Positions 1 to 9,621 of a DNA stretch of 64,000 bases are shown here, one piece after another; within the stretch, counting starts at the first letter, position 1; every line of letters begins with the position of its first letter. The stretch is taken from NCBI GenBank assembly GCA_963677495.2, contig CAXXOU010000004.1, forward strand, positions 544,001 through 608,000, read 5' to 3'. Made by a program: the position numbers and the translations under genes. The notes below the pieces were generated by a model. That model saw only the letters and a program-made list of their open reading frames with translations, was not told where the DNA came from and did not search any database. Source of the DNA: Candidatus Cloacimonadales bacterium. GTDB taxonomy: Bacteria; Cloacimonadota; Cloacimonadia; Cloacimonadales; JAFGVF01.

Positions 1-2
1 CG

Positions 3-191
3 AAAGTTGAAATGACTAAAACGAAGAAACGGATGATTAGATATATCTATACTGATGAGACAGGTAAAGATAAGATTTTAGCAGTTACTCTTAGTTTCCC
101 TCACATGTTGGCAATTCTTAATACTGTAGCAGATAAAGCAGTAAATGCTGAGTTTGATGAATTCTTGAAGAGTGTGCTTATTACTAAGTAA
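3..191 (+). CDS. 3' end of an upstream hypothetical protein (partial, truncated by window start)
   Basis: Open frame from base 3 (KVEMTKTKKRMIRYIYTDETGKDKILAVTLSFPHMLAILNTVADKAVNAEFDEFLKSVLITK) to TAA at 189-191, followed by an RBS (ggggaggag) for the next gene. Confidence 0.7.
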   Translation, partial: KVEMTKTKKRMIRYIYTDETGKDKILAVTLSFPHMLAILNTVADKAVNAEFDEFLKSVLITK

Positions 192-223
192 TTTTTACCA
201 ATTGCAGTCAAGGGGGAGGAGTA

Positions 224-3112
224 ATGCGAAAAGTTCTTATAATCTTGATTATTACATTAACATTTGTAGGAGCCTTTTGTAAAGGTTTTGTAGTTCTTGA
301 GAATTTTGATGATAACAGTAATGATTGGGCAAACAATTATGATGATGAGAACAAATATCTAAATATCTCCAATGGGTATTATTACTTTGAGCACAAACGT
401 GATTCTCAAGGTTGGACCACATCATTACCTTTCTCATTCGATACATCCGGTGATTTCATGATAGATACATCAATTAGGAAAGTCTCCGGAGTAAACAATA
501 ACGGATATGGTATTCTTTGGGGAAGAAAGGATAGTGACAATGAGTTTAGTTTTGTTATATCAGGTGATGGTCACTTTAAACTATCAAAAGATGAAAAAGG
601 TGACACACACTACTACTACAAATGGACTAAATCTGAACATATCAATCAGGGGAATGATTCAATAAATCGACTGTCAATAATGAAATGGGGAGCTTCAATC
701 TATTGTTATATCAACGAAGTAATTGTTGCTTCTATACCATTTGAGGGTTTCTTTGGAACGAAAGCCGGTTTCACCATCTTCGATGCTCAAAAGATCGCTG
801 TGGATGATTTCAAAATCTATCAGTATGATACAGAACAAGACTTAAGCTTTAAACAAATAGTATTTGAAGATTTTCAAGATAACTCTCGTGATTGGGCTAA
901 TAATTATAATGACTCAAACAAGACTCTTCAAATAGAAGATGGTAAGTACTACTTCGAACATAAGAGAGAATCAAAGGGTTGGACTTCTACTCTTGAGTTT
1001 GATTTAGATTACAAGAAAGATTTCTTTATTGAGACATATATCAACAAAATTTCAGGAATTCAAAACAATGGAGTTGGGTTGATCTTTGGTAGAGAAGATT
1101 CAGATAATGAAATGAGTTTCTTCTATGATGGACAGGGTTACTTCATGGTCAAAGAGGAAAGAAATAGCAATGTATATGATCATGTGAAATGGACGAAACA
1201 TGCAAGCATAAAAGAAGGAAATGGGGCACTTAATAAACTTGCTGTTAGTAGGCAGAATAATGACTATAACTTCTATATAAATGACCAAAAGGTTCATTCA
1301 ATGCCTGCTGATTTACCTCCGGGTAAGAGGATAGGATTCATTGTCTATAACAATCAGAAGATTGCGATTGAGAACCTGTACATGCGCTATTTATTAGATG
1401 GTGAAGGATATCCTATACAAAAACATTATTCTGATACAAGAAGCGATATTCTTACTCATCAAAAAACAAAATCAAGGAATGTTCAAAAGTTTCCACCGGA
1501 TTTATATATAGAAAACCTTAGATTTGTTGAAGGTTCAGGTAATAATGCTCTAGATGGACTGGAAACCGGATACATTACTTTTGATTTAAACAATAGAGGT
1601 AGAGGAGATGCATTTAGTATTGAGGTTGATCTTACTGCTGTAACATCCTCTGAAAATGTTAGCTTCCAGGCAAAAACAGTTGTTTCTAGTATAGAAAGTA
1701 AAACACGTAACAATGTATCAATTCCTGTCTCTGCAGATATAGCAGTAGAGAATCAGACTCGTGAGTTCAGAATTGAAGTATCAGAACAGAATGGTTTTGA
1801 TACAGATCCAGCAACGATTAGCTTTGAAACCCTTGCGTTTGCCAGTCCTGATTTAAGAATTGAGCAAGTCGCTATTGATGATAATGAAGATGCAGAAGGT
1901 GAGGGTGATTCTTACGGAAATGGTAACTCAATTATCGAGCCTAATGAATCAATTGAAGTAACTGCATATGTACAAAACTTCGGTGATGGTGATGCAAGCC
2001 AGGTACAGGCCAAAGTTAAGTTAAATACTAAGAACAGAGATATCACCTATCCGGATGAAGGACATATTTATGATCTTAGTACCATCACGAGCGGAGATTA
2101 TACTAAGGTTAAATTCTATTTCTATACTTCCAGAAGATACAAGGAAAGCAAGATACCATTCTCTATTCTTTTAACAGAAGCCACAGGTAATTTCACTAAA
2201 GAGATTGATTTGAATCTTAAACTTGGAGAGAGAACTAAAAATGTGGTTGATGTGCAGGTTAGCAAGATTCATCACAACAAGAGAAAAGAGATGAAGAGCA
2301 TTGAGAATGTCTTTACTCAATCAGATGTAGATCAGAATATCCCGGTTATCAACTCAGATGGAAGTAATACGCTTGCGATTATTCTTGGTATTGAAGAATA
2401 TAAATATGCTCCCAAAGTAGATTTTGCAGCTAATGATGCCAGGTCATTCTATAAATATTGTAAAAGTATGTTCGGTATCCCTGAATCAAACATATACCTT
2501 AAGATTAATGATGGAGCTACTGCCGGTGAGTTTAGAAAGATATTTGCTGAAGATGGCTGGATTGCAAGAAGGATTCAGAACGAAGAGACTAAAGTCCTAA
2601 TCTACTATTCCGGGCACGGTGCACCTGATTTAAAATCTAAGAAAGGATACTTAATTCCTCATGATATTGACCCGAATTATGCAAGTACAGGTGTGAGTCT
2701 TGATGATATTTACTCATCACTTGCTAAGTTGGAAGCTGGTGAAATTACTCTATTTCTTGATGCATGTTTCTCAGGTGAAAGCAGATCACACGAGATGCTT
2801 GTTGCCGGTATTAGACCAATATCAATAAAAGTCAAAAACCCAATACTTACTTCTACGAATTTGTCTGTTTTTACAGCCTCAACAGGTGATCAATACAGTA
2901 CATCTTATCCAGTTAAGCAACATGGTTTGTTTACTTATTTCCTCCTTAAAGGACTTAAGGGAGACGCTAAAGGCAATGATTCACGAATTGAATTGAATGA
3001 ACTACATGACTATTTGAGCAGTAATGTTTCAAGAACTGCCGGATATTTAGATAAAGAGCAAAATCCTACTTTCATAGGTAGTAATCCCGATAAAACTATC
3101 ATTAAGTTCTAG
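224..3112 (+). CDS. Secreted caspase-family (peptidase C14/metacaspase-like) protein with two tandem N-terminal beta-sandwich (lectin-like) domains and Ig-like middle domains
   Basis: Signal peptide; duplicated ~185-aa domain (ENFDDNSNDWANNY...YYFEHKR..GWT vs EDFQDNSRDWANNY...YYFEHKRESKGWT); C-terminal caspase motifs LAIILGIEEY, YYSGHG (His), FLDACFSG (Cys), HGLFTYFLLKGL, EQNP. Confidence 0.85.
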   Translation: MRKVLIILIITLTFVGAFCKGFVVLENFDDNSNDWANNYDDENKYLNISNGYYYFEHKRDSQGWTTSLPFSFDTSGDFMIDTSIRKVSGVNNNGYGILWGRKDSDNEFSFVISGDGHFKLSKDEKGDTHYYYKWTKSEHINQGNDSINRLSIMKWGASIYCYINEVIVASIPFEGFFGTKAGFTIFDAQKIAVDDFKIYQYDTEQDLSFKQIVFEDFQDNSRDWANNYNDSNKTLQIEDGKYYFEHKRESKGWTSTLEFDLDYKKDFFIETYINKISGIQNNGVGLIFGREDSDNEMSFFYDGQGYFMVKEERNSNVYDHVKWTKHASIKEGNGALNKLAVSRQNNDYNFYINDQKVHSMPADLPPGKRIGFIVYNNQKIAIENLYMRYLLDGEGYPIQKHYSDTRSDILTHQKTKSRNVQKFPPDLYIENLRFVEGSGNNALDGLETGYITFDLNNRGRGDAFSIEVDLTAVTSSENVSFQAKTVVSSIESKTRNNVSIPVSADIAVENQTREFRIEVSEQNGFDTDPATISFETLAFASPDLRIEQVAIDDNEDAEGEGDSYGNGNSIIEPNESIEVTAYVQNFGDGDASQVQAKVKLNTKNRDITYPDEGHIYDLSTITSGDYTKVKFYFYTSRRYKESKIPFSILLTEATGNFTKEIDLNLKLGERTKNVVDVQVSKIHHNKRKEMKSIENVFTQSDVDQNIPVINSDGSNTLAIILGIEEYKYAPKVDFAANDARSFYKYCKSMFGIPESNIYLKINDGATAGEFRKIFAEDGWIARRIQNEETKVLIYYSGHGAPDLKSKKGYLIPHDIDPNYASTGVSLDDIYSSLAKLEAGEITLFLDACFSGESRSHEMLVAGIRPISIKVKNPILTSTNLSVFTASTGDQYSTSYPVKQHGLFTYFLLKGLKGDAKGNDSRIELNELHDYLSSNVSRTAGYLDKEQNPTFIGSNPDKTIIKF

Positions 3113-3118
3113 GTAGTT

Positions 3119-4015
3119 ATGAGAATTATATTATTACTGGTTCTAGTTTTAACATGCTTGCATTCTTTTGTTTTTGCAAAGGAGCCACATAACCAAGCAA
3201 CAAATGTACAGATTGTGCGCACTCCATCAGAACCTGAAGTGGAAAGAGTTAATAAAGGTTGGGTGATTGCCAGAGGGCGTGTAGTTATTGCGAACATTAC
3301 CCCTACTGAGGCGAAGAGGAAAGCTGTTAAAGATGCAGAACGTAAAGCTGTTGAGTTTGTTAGTGGAGTAGAAGTAAAAACCAATTCTGTTGATTTAAGT
3401 GCATCTAATGGTAATGAAATACTCTTAGATAGTTTCTTTGAAATGACTGAGTTAACTACATCAGGATTTGTTCTGGAGAAGGAGATTTTAGTAGATAAGG
3501 TAATCTCTGAAAACAATGTCTTGGTTCAATATATTGAGTTAAAAGTTAAGGTCGGTAAGCAAAAAGGTGTTAAAGATCCATCTTTCGTTTTACACGCAGA
3601 GTTGAATAAAGACTATCTGAAAGAGGGAGAAGAGCTAGAGCTTATGGTTAATAGCACAAAAGATTGCTATTTAACGATACTTAATGTTTGCTCAAATGAC
3701 TCAGTATATGTAATTTTCCCTAACACATACAGAGATGATAATAAAGTCAATGCCGGTGAACCTTTCTATCTCCCTAATGCTGAGGACAGAGCTATCAGTC
3801 TCATCTTCCCAGTTTATCTATTACCAGGTAAAACGAGTGATGTTGAGATACTTAAAATTATTGCTACTAAAAATAAGATAGATTTTACAAGCTCATCTGA
3901 TTTCACAGCGTATGGAACCCATAAGGCTGCACTTACCGATTTGAGGAGATGGATGCTTAAAATTCCACGTGATCAAATCGCAGAATCAGCTCTTCAATAC
4001 CATATAAGAAAATAA
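3119..4015 (+). CDS. Secreted protein with FlgT-N/LPP20-like N-terminal region and DUF4384-like C-terminal domain
   Basis: Signal peptide; EAKRKAVKDAERKAVEFVSGVEV helix; GEELELMVNSTKDCYLTILNV...VIFPN...G.E.LKIIAT pattern typical of DUF4384; starts 6 bp after the caspase gene. Confidence 0.7.
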   Translation: MRIILLLVLVLTCLHSFVFAKEPHNQATNVQIVRTPSEPEVERVNKGWVIARGRVVIANITPTEAKRKAVKDAERKAVEFVSGVEVKTNSVDLSASNGNEILLDSFFEMTELTTSGFVLEKEILVDKVISENNVLVQYIELKVKVGKQKGVKDPSFVLHAELNKDYLKEGEELELMVNSTKDCYLTILNVCSNDSVYVIFPNTYRDDNKVNAGEPFYLPNAEDRAISLIFPVYLLPGKTSDVEILKIIATKNKIDFTSSSDFTAYGTHKAALTDLRRWMLKIPRDQIAESALQYHIRK

Positions 4016-4259
4016 AACAGACAACTAATAGCACAAATATTACCCTCTCAGTATATTTTATTATAAATGTAGTCTATGGCCACTAAACCCCTATTATAAG
4101 AGGCATTGAAACTACTAGTACTCTTCATCAATATCCCATCATAGGAAAAAACTTCTTGACTGCTCCCGTAATTATATAAAAAGTAACTCATAGTGTAATG
4201 GTGATACCTTGGAGTGAGTAAAACCATTATCTAAGAATAAACTTTTTATAGGAGAAAAT

Positions 4260-4925
4260 ATGGGACGACAGGAAGAGATGAGAAAAATGCGTCAGAACTA
4301 TATTGTTGAACAAGCTGAGAAGCTGTTCAAGGAAAAGGGATATGAGAGAGTTACAATGGACGATATTGCTAAGAGTTGTGAGTATACAAAAAGAACTATT
4401 TATCAATACATTACTTCAAAAGAGGAGCTATATGTTTTGGTTTACATAAAAGGCATGAAAATGCGCCTTGAGTTTCTTCAGGCAGCAATCGACAAAGAGA
4501 AGCAGGGATTCTGTAAATTAAAGGAATTGGCTTATGCTTACTATGCTTTTTATAAAAATCATCCATATGTATTAAAGCATCAATTGCTTGGTGATGTTGG
4601 AATTATCGTTGAAGCCAATGTAGAGGACGAGATAGCGGATGAGCTTAATTCATTGAATGTACATGGTGTAGATATGGTTAGGGATATAGTTAAACTTGGA
4701 ATCGAAGATAAAACACTCAATCCTGATTTGGATTGGAATCTTTGGTACAGCTTCCTTCTCTATTCTATCAGAATGAATGTAAGTAGAGTTCTTAGTGGTT
4801 ACGTAAGACTCCTTGATAGTGATGAAATTACCCAAGATGTGGATGGTTGGTATAGATATAACATCAATATATTGCTTAAGCAATGTGCAGCATCAGATAG
4901 GCAGAAGTGTTTGTCTGAGGAGTAG
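4260..4925 (+). CDS. TetR/AcrR family transcriptional regulator
   Basis: AEKLFKEKGYERVTMDDIAKSCEYTKRTIYQYITSKEELY TetR HTH; RBS aggag upstream. Confidence 0.93.
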   Translation: MGRQEEMRKMRQNYIVEQAEKLFKEKGYERVTMDDIAKSCEYTKRTIYQYITSKEELYVLVYIKGMKMRLEFLQAAIDKEKQGFCKLKELAYAYYAFYKNHPYVLKHQLLGDVGIIVEANVEDEIADELNSLNVHGVDMVRDIVKLGIEDKTLNPDLDWNLWYSFLLYSIRMNVSRVLSGYVRLLDSDEITQDVDGWYRYNINILLKQCAASDRQKCLSEE

Positions 4926-5096
4926 TTTGTAATTAAATGAATAGATTGATCATAATAATTATAAAGTTTCTTCATAATCTTGGATTGAGTATTAGGTGGA
5001 ACACTCCTTATATATCTCAAGTAAAAGCTTATCAGGTAAGCAATGGTAAGCACAATTTCACCGATATATTGATTCAAAGATTAACCTCTAAAGGTA

Positions 5097-5284
5097 GTGG
5101 AAAACAAGCGTCGTTAGTGAGTAGAGGATCTTTTACCGGTTGGGAATTTAAACAAGGCCTAAATCCGGAAAAATTGGGGAGAGCATCAACCGGGAAAGCC
5201 GTAACTTGGTTGAATGCTGGAAACGTGATTTCCGGGAGATTCCCTTTTGTTTTCGAAAACGCTTCTGACGGCGTTGTTTTTCAC
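5097..5284 (+). ncRNA. Candidate structured RNA (unassigned family), ~188 nt, multi-branched
   Basis: 5097-5117 pairs with 5265-5284 (20 bp, one bulge, 3 G-U pairs that work only on the + strand) and encloses several hairpins; see findings. Confidence 0.5.
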
Positions 5285-5381
5285 ATAGTTTTAAATAATA
5301 CGAATAACATAACAACAAAAGACGGGGAGCTATCGTCAGAAATAGCTTCAAATAGTTCTAAAGCTGAAGGATTAACCTCCC

Positions 5382-5412
5382 AAAAGCCAATCTCGTACAG
5401 AGGTGGTTTTTT
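5382..5412 (+). terminator. Putative intrinsic terminator/attenuator upstream of the methyltransferase gene
   Basis: aaaagcca-a-tctc-gtaca-gagg-tggtttttt stem-loop followed by a U-tract. Confidence 0.45.
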
Positions 5413-5502
5413 GCATAATCTTCTTCATAATTCCTTCTCAACTTTCAGGAATAACGGCATTCTAACGGCTATGCTTCCCGTTGCTTAATTTTTGGAGTCT
5501 AA

Positions 5503-6234
5503 ATGGTAGAGACAAATGAATCAGTAATCAACGCTTTCTTCGAGAAACTAAAAGAGATTGAAATCAGCAACGGTCTGGATATTGCCACAGGTAAAGGTGA
5601 GTTTATTGCTTTTGCACATGATATCTTTGGCAAGATAGAGATGTTTACAGGTATAGATACACATCCTCGCATCCTTGAAATGGCACAAAAGGCTTTTCCT
5701 GATTACACTTTCAAACAGATGAATGCTTATCAAATCGATTATCCTGACTCAAACTTTGATTTCGTTAGTATATCGAACTCACTTCATCATCTTAAGGATC
5801 CAATCAAGGCATTATATGAGATGACTCGTGTTCTAAAACCGGGAGGTTATCTCGTCATCAGAGAGATGCTGGCAGATGATTGCCAAAGTGAAGCACAAAA
5901 GAGTCATGTACTCATCCATCATTTTTCAGCCGAGATTGATGAGATGATGGGTAGATACCATAAAACAACATTTACGGGAGAAGAGGTTGAAGATTTTGAA
6001 GCAAAGTTGCAATTGTCATCCTCAAAGTCTATTAATTATGATTACCCAATGAGTGCTGAAGCTATTAAAAAGAATAGTGAACGCTATGCTCTCATAGTTG
6101 ATGCTATTCTGAAGCCTATTAGCGAAACTGATAACTTTGATGAATACAAACAGAAAGGTGAAGCAATCAAAGAGCATATCCTAAAACATGGTTTTGCTCC
6201 CGCTAGAGCCCATCTGTTTGTTGGTATAAAATAA
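5503..6234 (+). CDS. Class I SAM-dependent methyltransferase
   Basis: Motif I GLDIATGKG, GID, NFDFVSISNSLHH, EMTRVLKPGG. Confidence 0.9.
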   Translation: MVETNESVINAFFEKLKEIEISNGLDIATGKGEFIAFAHDIFGKIEMFTGIDTHPRILEMAQKAFPDYTFKQMNAYQIDYPDSNFDFVSISNSLHHLKDPIKALYEMTRVLKPGGYLVIREMLADDCQSEAQKSHVLIHHFSAEIDEMMGRYHKTTFTGEEVEDFEAKLQLSSSKSINYDYPMSAEAIKKNSERYALIVDAILKPISETDNFDEYKQKGEAIKEHILKHGFAPARAHLFVGIK

Positions 6235-6322
6235 TCTCGTCCCGGGTAGCTCCGTTTTTTTCACTCCATGTTTGCGGGGCTACCTTTCCATAGAACTGGT
6301 TGTGTCCATAGGACACTTATAT

Positions 6323-6359
6323 AAAAGCAACTCAGGTTTTTGGCTTGGGTTGCTTTTTT
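6323..6359 (+). terminator. Intrinsic terminator
   Basis: aaaagcaactcagg-ttttgg-cttgggttgctttttt stem (with G-U pairs) plus U-tract. Confidence 0.7.
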
Positions 6360-6375
6360 CATGTAATAAACATTT

Positions 6376-6660
6376 GTAATCACTTACAACGTTGGACTCA
6401 TAGCGTTGTAGTTTTAGCCCTTTTCGCTATTCGCCTATTTCCCTTTGGTCGCTTTTGTTACAGCTTTTGAATAGCATACACAGTGAGATTTGCAATAACT
6501 TAGCTACATTTACTGCCCCTTTTACTCCCTTTAACTACTCTGTTCACCAACGCACTGTACACGCACTGTGTACCCACTGTGAAGGCACTGCCAACCCACT
6601 GTTTCACTGGGTGCACAGTGCGTGCACAGTGGGGAAACAGTGGGATGACTGTGTTTTGCT
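6376..6660 (+). repeat. Intergenic composite repeat, copy 1 (palindromic module + 27-bp linker + 11-bp-periodic CACTG/CAGTG module)
   Basis: Reverse-complement homology to 23036-23220 and 23345-23495; direct homology to 36307-36490. Confidence 0.9.
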
Positions 6661-7003
6661 TCATGGATTGATTCAAATGAGTAGATGCATTAGTAATATA
6701 GGCATTTGTATTCGATTAAGAACAAGAGAATTTCTGACAAGGGCTGACAGGGACAAACAGTTTTAAGGGAAAAAGTGCTCTTAGTCTTTGTCGGTCTCTG
6801 TATGTCCTTGAAAGTCCATGATGCTCTTACTGAAAATCACGAACGGCTCAATATGCTAGCTTTTGAATTCCCAATCTGAGTCGAACTGGGTCCACACTTT
6901 CTTTGTGGTTTAACTCCAAGATTTTATGACATGACAAACCGACACAGGCAGTTAAATCCATATTACAACTATTCCAGAGATAGCTGGTAACTTGTACTTT
7001 TTG

Positions 7004-8095
7004 CTATATTCTCTTCTTCAACTCCATAATGCGATTATAGGACTCTTGTATACGTTCTTTAGATATCTTGCCTTCTTCGACTAATGATTTAATAATCCCG
7101 AAGGCATGTCCCATAATCTTCTCATCGGATTTTGGAGATGCGAAGAGGAGAATATCTACTCCCGCATTAATGGATTTCTCGATAACTTCTTCCCACTCAT
7201 AGTTCTTGTGGATAGCTTTCATATATAGCCCATCGGATACTACAACACCATTCCAACTGAGTTCTTCTCTTAAAAGATTTGTGATTGTTTTATGTGACAT
7301 TGTTGCAGGATACAGTGAATCAATCTTAGCATTGTAAAGATGTCCTGTCATGACCATATCAAGCATATTAACTGCGATTAATCCTTTGTAGGGAATTAGC
7401 TCAGATTCTGTCCAAGTATCTGTGATGTCAGTGAATCCATCATGACTATCAGCTAGAGATGAACCATGTCCGGGGAAATGCTTAACTGCAGTTAGGATAT
7501 TGTGATTATGATGTTCATAAATGAACATTGATGCATGTTCAAGTACTTTTTGTGGGTCAGATGCTAGACTTCTATGAAGTTTAGCTATAACCGGGCATTC
7601 AGGATTAACTGCTACATCAACAACAGGTGCGAAGTTTAGGTTGAATCCAACAGAAGCTAAATCTTTAGCAATGAGACTGCTCCAAGCTCTTGTAGAATCA
7701 GGGTTATCAATCTTACCAATAACCTCAGCAGATCTTGGTTTAGTAAAACCATACTGTTCTTTGAGTCTGCTAACAAAACCACCTTCCTGGTCTACAGCAA
7801 CAAAAAGTGGGGAAGTGGATGCATCATTAAGCTGTGAAATAAGTTTTAAGAGCTGTTCCTTATTCTTAATATTCCTATCACGTTTCTTAGTCTCAGGATT
7901 GTAATCAAAAAGAATAATACCACCCGGATTGTATTGCTTAATCTCTTTAGCAATACGAGTATCCGGTCCGGCTTCCATACCATAAAAGCCAACCATAAGC
8001 ATTTGACCAATCATCTCATCAAGAGAAGGTTTGTCGTTTTTAGAACATGAAAGCAGCAACATAGAAATAGTAAGAATAAGAATCAGTTTTTTCAT
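7004..8095 (-). CDS. nagZ: GH3 beta-N-acetylhexosaminidase, lipoprotein
   Basis: Lipobox LLLSC; AVDQEGG.V.RL, NFAPVVD, KHFPGHG...DSH, VMTGH, VVSDGLYM motifs. Confidence 0.85.
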   Translation of the reverse strand: MKKLILILTISMLLLSCSKNDKPSLDEMIGQMLMVGFYGMEAGPDTRIAKEIKQYNPGGIILFDYNPETKKRDRNIKNKEQLLKLISQLNDASTSPLFVAVDQEGGFVSRLKEQYGFTKPRSAEVIGKIDNPDSTRAWSSLIAKDLASVGFNLNFAPVVDVAVNPECPVIAKLHRSLASDPQKVLEHASMFIYEHHNHNILTAVKHFPGHGSSLADSHDGFTDITDTWTESELIPYKGLIAVNMLDMVMTGHLYNAKIDSLYPATMSHKTITNLLREELSWNGVVVSDGLYMKAIHKNYEWEEVIEKSINAGVDILLFASPKSDEKIMGHAFGIIKSLVEEGKISKERIQESYNRIMELKKRI

Positions 8096-8116
8096 AAAAA
8101 AACCCTAATATAGTAA

Positions 8117-8139
8117 AGGGCACCTATTGCAGGTGCCCT
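8117..8139 (-). terminator. Hairpin/terminator downstream of kat
   Basis: agggcacct-attgc-aggtgccct perfect 9-bp stem. Confidence 0.6.
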
Positions 8140-8151
8140 ATATATGAATGA

Positions 8152-9396
8152 TTACATTAATTTATTAAGTTCAGCAAGCGATTCTTTGATAGCTTGAGCA
8201 GCTCTATTGAGTTCTTCATCAGTATGACGATATGCAATATAACCATGATGATAAGGTTGTAAGAAGACACCACGTCTGATGAGTTGAGTATAGAATTCGT
8301 TTCTGAGTTTCTTGTAAAGCTTGTCTGCATCCGGTCTGAATGTGATGAATGGCATCCATGGAGCACCACTGAAATTCACAGGCATTCCACTCTCATCAAC
8401 GATAGATTGAATCTGTTTAGCAAACTTTGTACCTTTTTCATGGATCACATCAAGAACTTTATTCTTCTCTAAGAAGTCGATTGTAGCAATAGCAGCAACC
8501 TGAGCTTCACTATTTGGGAAGTATGTAGATGAAAGGAATACTTCACTTTCAAGCATCTTCATATGCTCTTTCTTACCTACGAGAGCTGCGATAGCATAGC
8601 CGTTAGCCATAGCTTTACCAACTGATGTAAGATCCGGAGTAACACCGAAATACTTCTGTGCACCACCTAATGAGCTTCTGAAACCTGTTCTGATTTCATC
8701 AAACATAAGAACGCAACCATACTGGTCAGCAAGCTTTCTTACGCCTTCAAGGTAACCGGGTTTAGGCATTTCAACCTCATGAGCAAGAGGATGACCTACA
8801 GGTGTTACTATGATAACAGCCATGTCGTCACCATGCTTTTTAAGAAGGTCTTCAAGTGCATCAAGATCATTATATGGGAATTCGAAAGTATCTTCATATA
8901 ACTTTGAAGGAATACCACCCTTCACCTCTACACACCAGTCATGCCAGCCATGATAACCGCATCTTGCGACTTTTGTTCTACCTGTATAAGCACGTGAAAC
9001 ACGGATACCGATTGTAGTTGCATCAGAACCTGTTTTAACAAAAGCAGCCATCTCACATGATGGGATATGCTCAATAAGTTTCTCAGCAAGAATGTTCTGA
9101 TAAGGTTGAGTGAGAGAGAAACAGAAACCCTTTTCCTGAATCTGTTTGATCACTGCATTATCAATCTCTTCTTCTCTATGACCAATAATAATAGGACCAT
9201 AAGCACATAAGAAATCAAGGTACTCGTTACCATCAACATCCCATACTTTTCCACCTTTTGCATGGTCGAAGAAGATAGGATATTCACCAGGTACGAAGTT
9301 GTAAGGTCTTCTTATACCTGCAACTGCACCGGGAACTAATTCAAGAGCTTTTTCATAAAGCTTCATTGATTTAGTTAAATTCAATTTCTCTGACAT
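8152..9396 (-). CDS. kat: Class III PLP aminotransferase, most likely 3-aminobutyryl-CoA aminotransferase (lysine fermentation variant)
   Basis: FDEIRTGFR and GKAMANG (PLP Lys); segments AGIRRPYNFVPGEYPIFFDH, YHGWHDWCVEVKGGIP and FLQPYHHGYI match Cloacimonas acidaminovorans Kat as I recall it; thiolase gene nearby. Confidence 0.8.
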   Translation of the reverse strand: MSEKLNLTKSMKLYEKALELVPGAVAGIRRPYNFVPGEYPIFFDHAKGGKVWDVDGNEYLDFLCAYGPIIIGHREEEIDNAVIKQIQEKGFCFSLTQPYQNILAEKLIEHIPSCEMAAFVKTGSDATTIGIRVSRAYTGRTKVARCGYHGWHDWCVEVKGGIPSKLYEDTFEFPYNDLDALEDLLKKHGDDMAVIIVTPVGHPLAHEVEMPKPGYLEGVRKLADQYGCVLMFDEIRTGFRSSLGGAQKYFGVTPDLTSVGKAMANGYAIAALVGKKEHMKMLESEVFLSSTYFPNSEAQVAAIATIDFLEKNKVLDVIHEKGTKFAKQIQSIVDESGMPVNFSGAPWMPFITFRPDADKLYKKLRNEFYTQLIRRGVFLQPYHHGYIAYRHTDEELNRAAQAIKESLAELNKLM

Positions 9397-9621
9397 ATAA
9401 ATCTCCTCTTACATATTATTTCTATATGGCATGATTAATCTATTTGTATTCCTGTCAAAGTTTTTAACTAAATTCTTAGTTAACAGGGTTAAGGTGAAGT
9501 TGCGGTTAAATTTTTGTGCAGAGTATAGGATATTACATCGAAATCAGTTGTGTAATCAATAAATTATTAATTGACAGATAAATGATTGTATTTCTCTTTC
9601 AACGAAATGTTGGGAGGATTT

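Noticed and set aside
4987..5007. T-box antiterminator-like GGTGGAACAC
   Set aside because: There is no room for stem I after the tetR stop, no adjoining terminator, and the downstream gene is not amino-acid related.
5290..5349. -1 frameshift signal (T TTA AAT plus pseudoknot)
   Set aside because: The spacer to the pseudoknot is 24 nt, far longer than the usual 5-9 nt, and the host ORF is doubtful.
4937..5488. 183-aa ORF as a protein-coding gene
   Set aside because: No RBS, no recognisable domain, and it spans strong RNA structure and a terminator-like hairpin. It is not fully excluded, because an open frame this long is uncommon in AT-rich DNA.
5097..5488. tmRNA, lysine riboswitch or group I intron identity for the structured region
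   Set aside because: No tRNA-like ends or T-loop/CCA; lysine-riboswitch core (AGAGGUGC..GCCGAA..ACUGUC) not matched beyond AGAGG; no group I R/S elements.
6455..6766. Small CxxC protein family (also 22984-23295, 22880-23092, 36422-36616)
   Set aside because: The shared peptide is a translation of the 11-bp-periodic repeat; starts are inconsistent, there is no RBS, and the period is not a codon multiple.
8152..9396. hemL (glutamate-1-semialdehyde aminomutase)
   Set aside because: Lacks the PGGVNSPVRAF and YHGH.D HemL signatures; fits Kat better.
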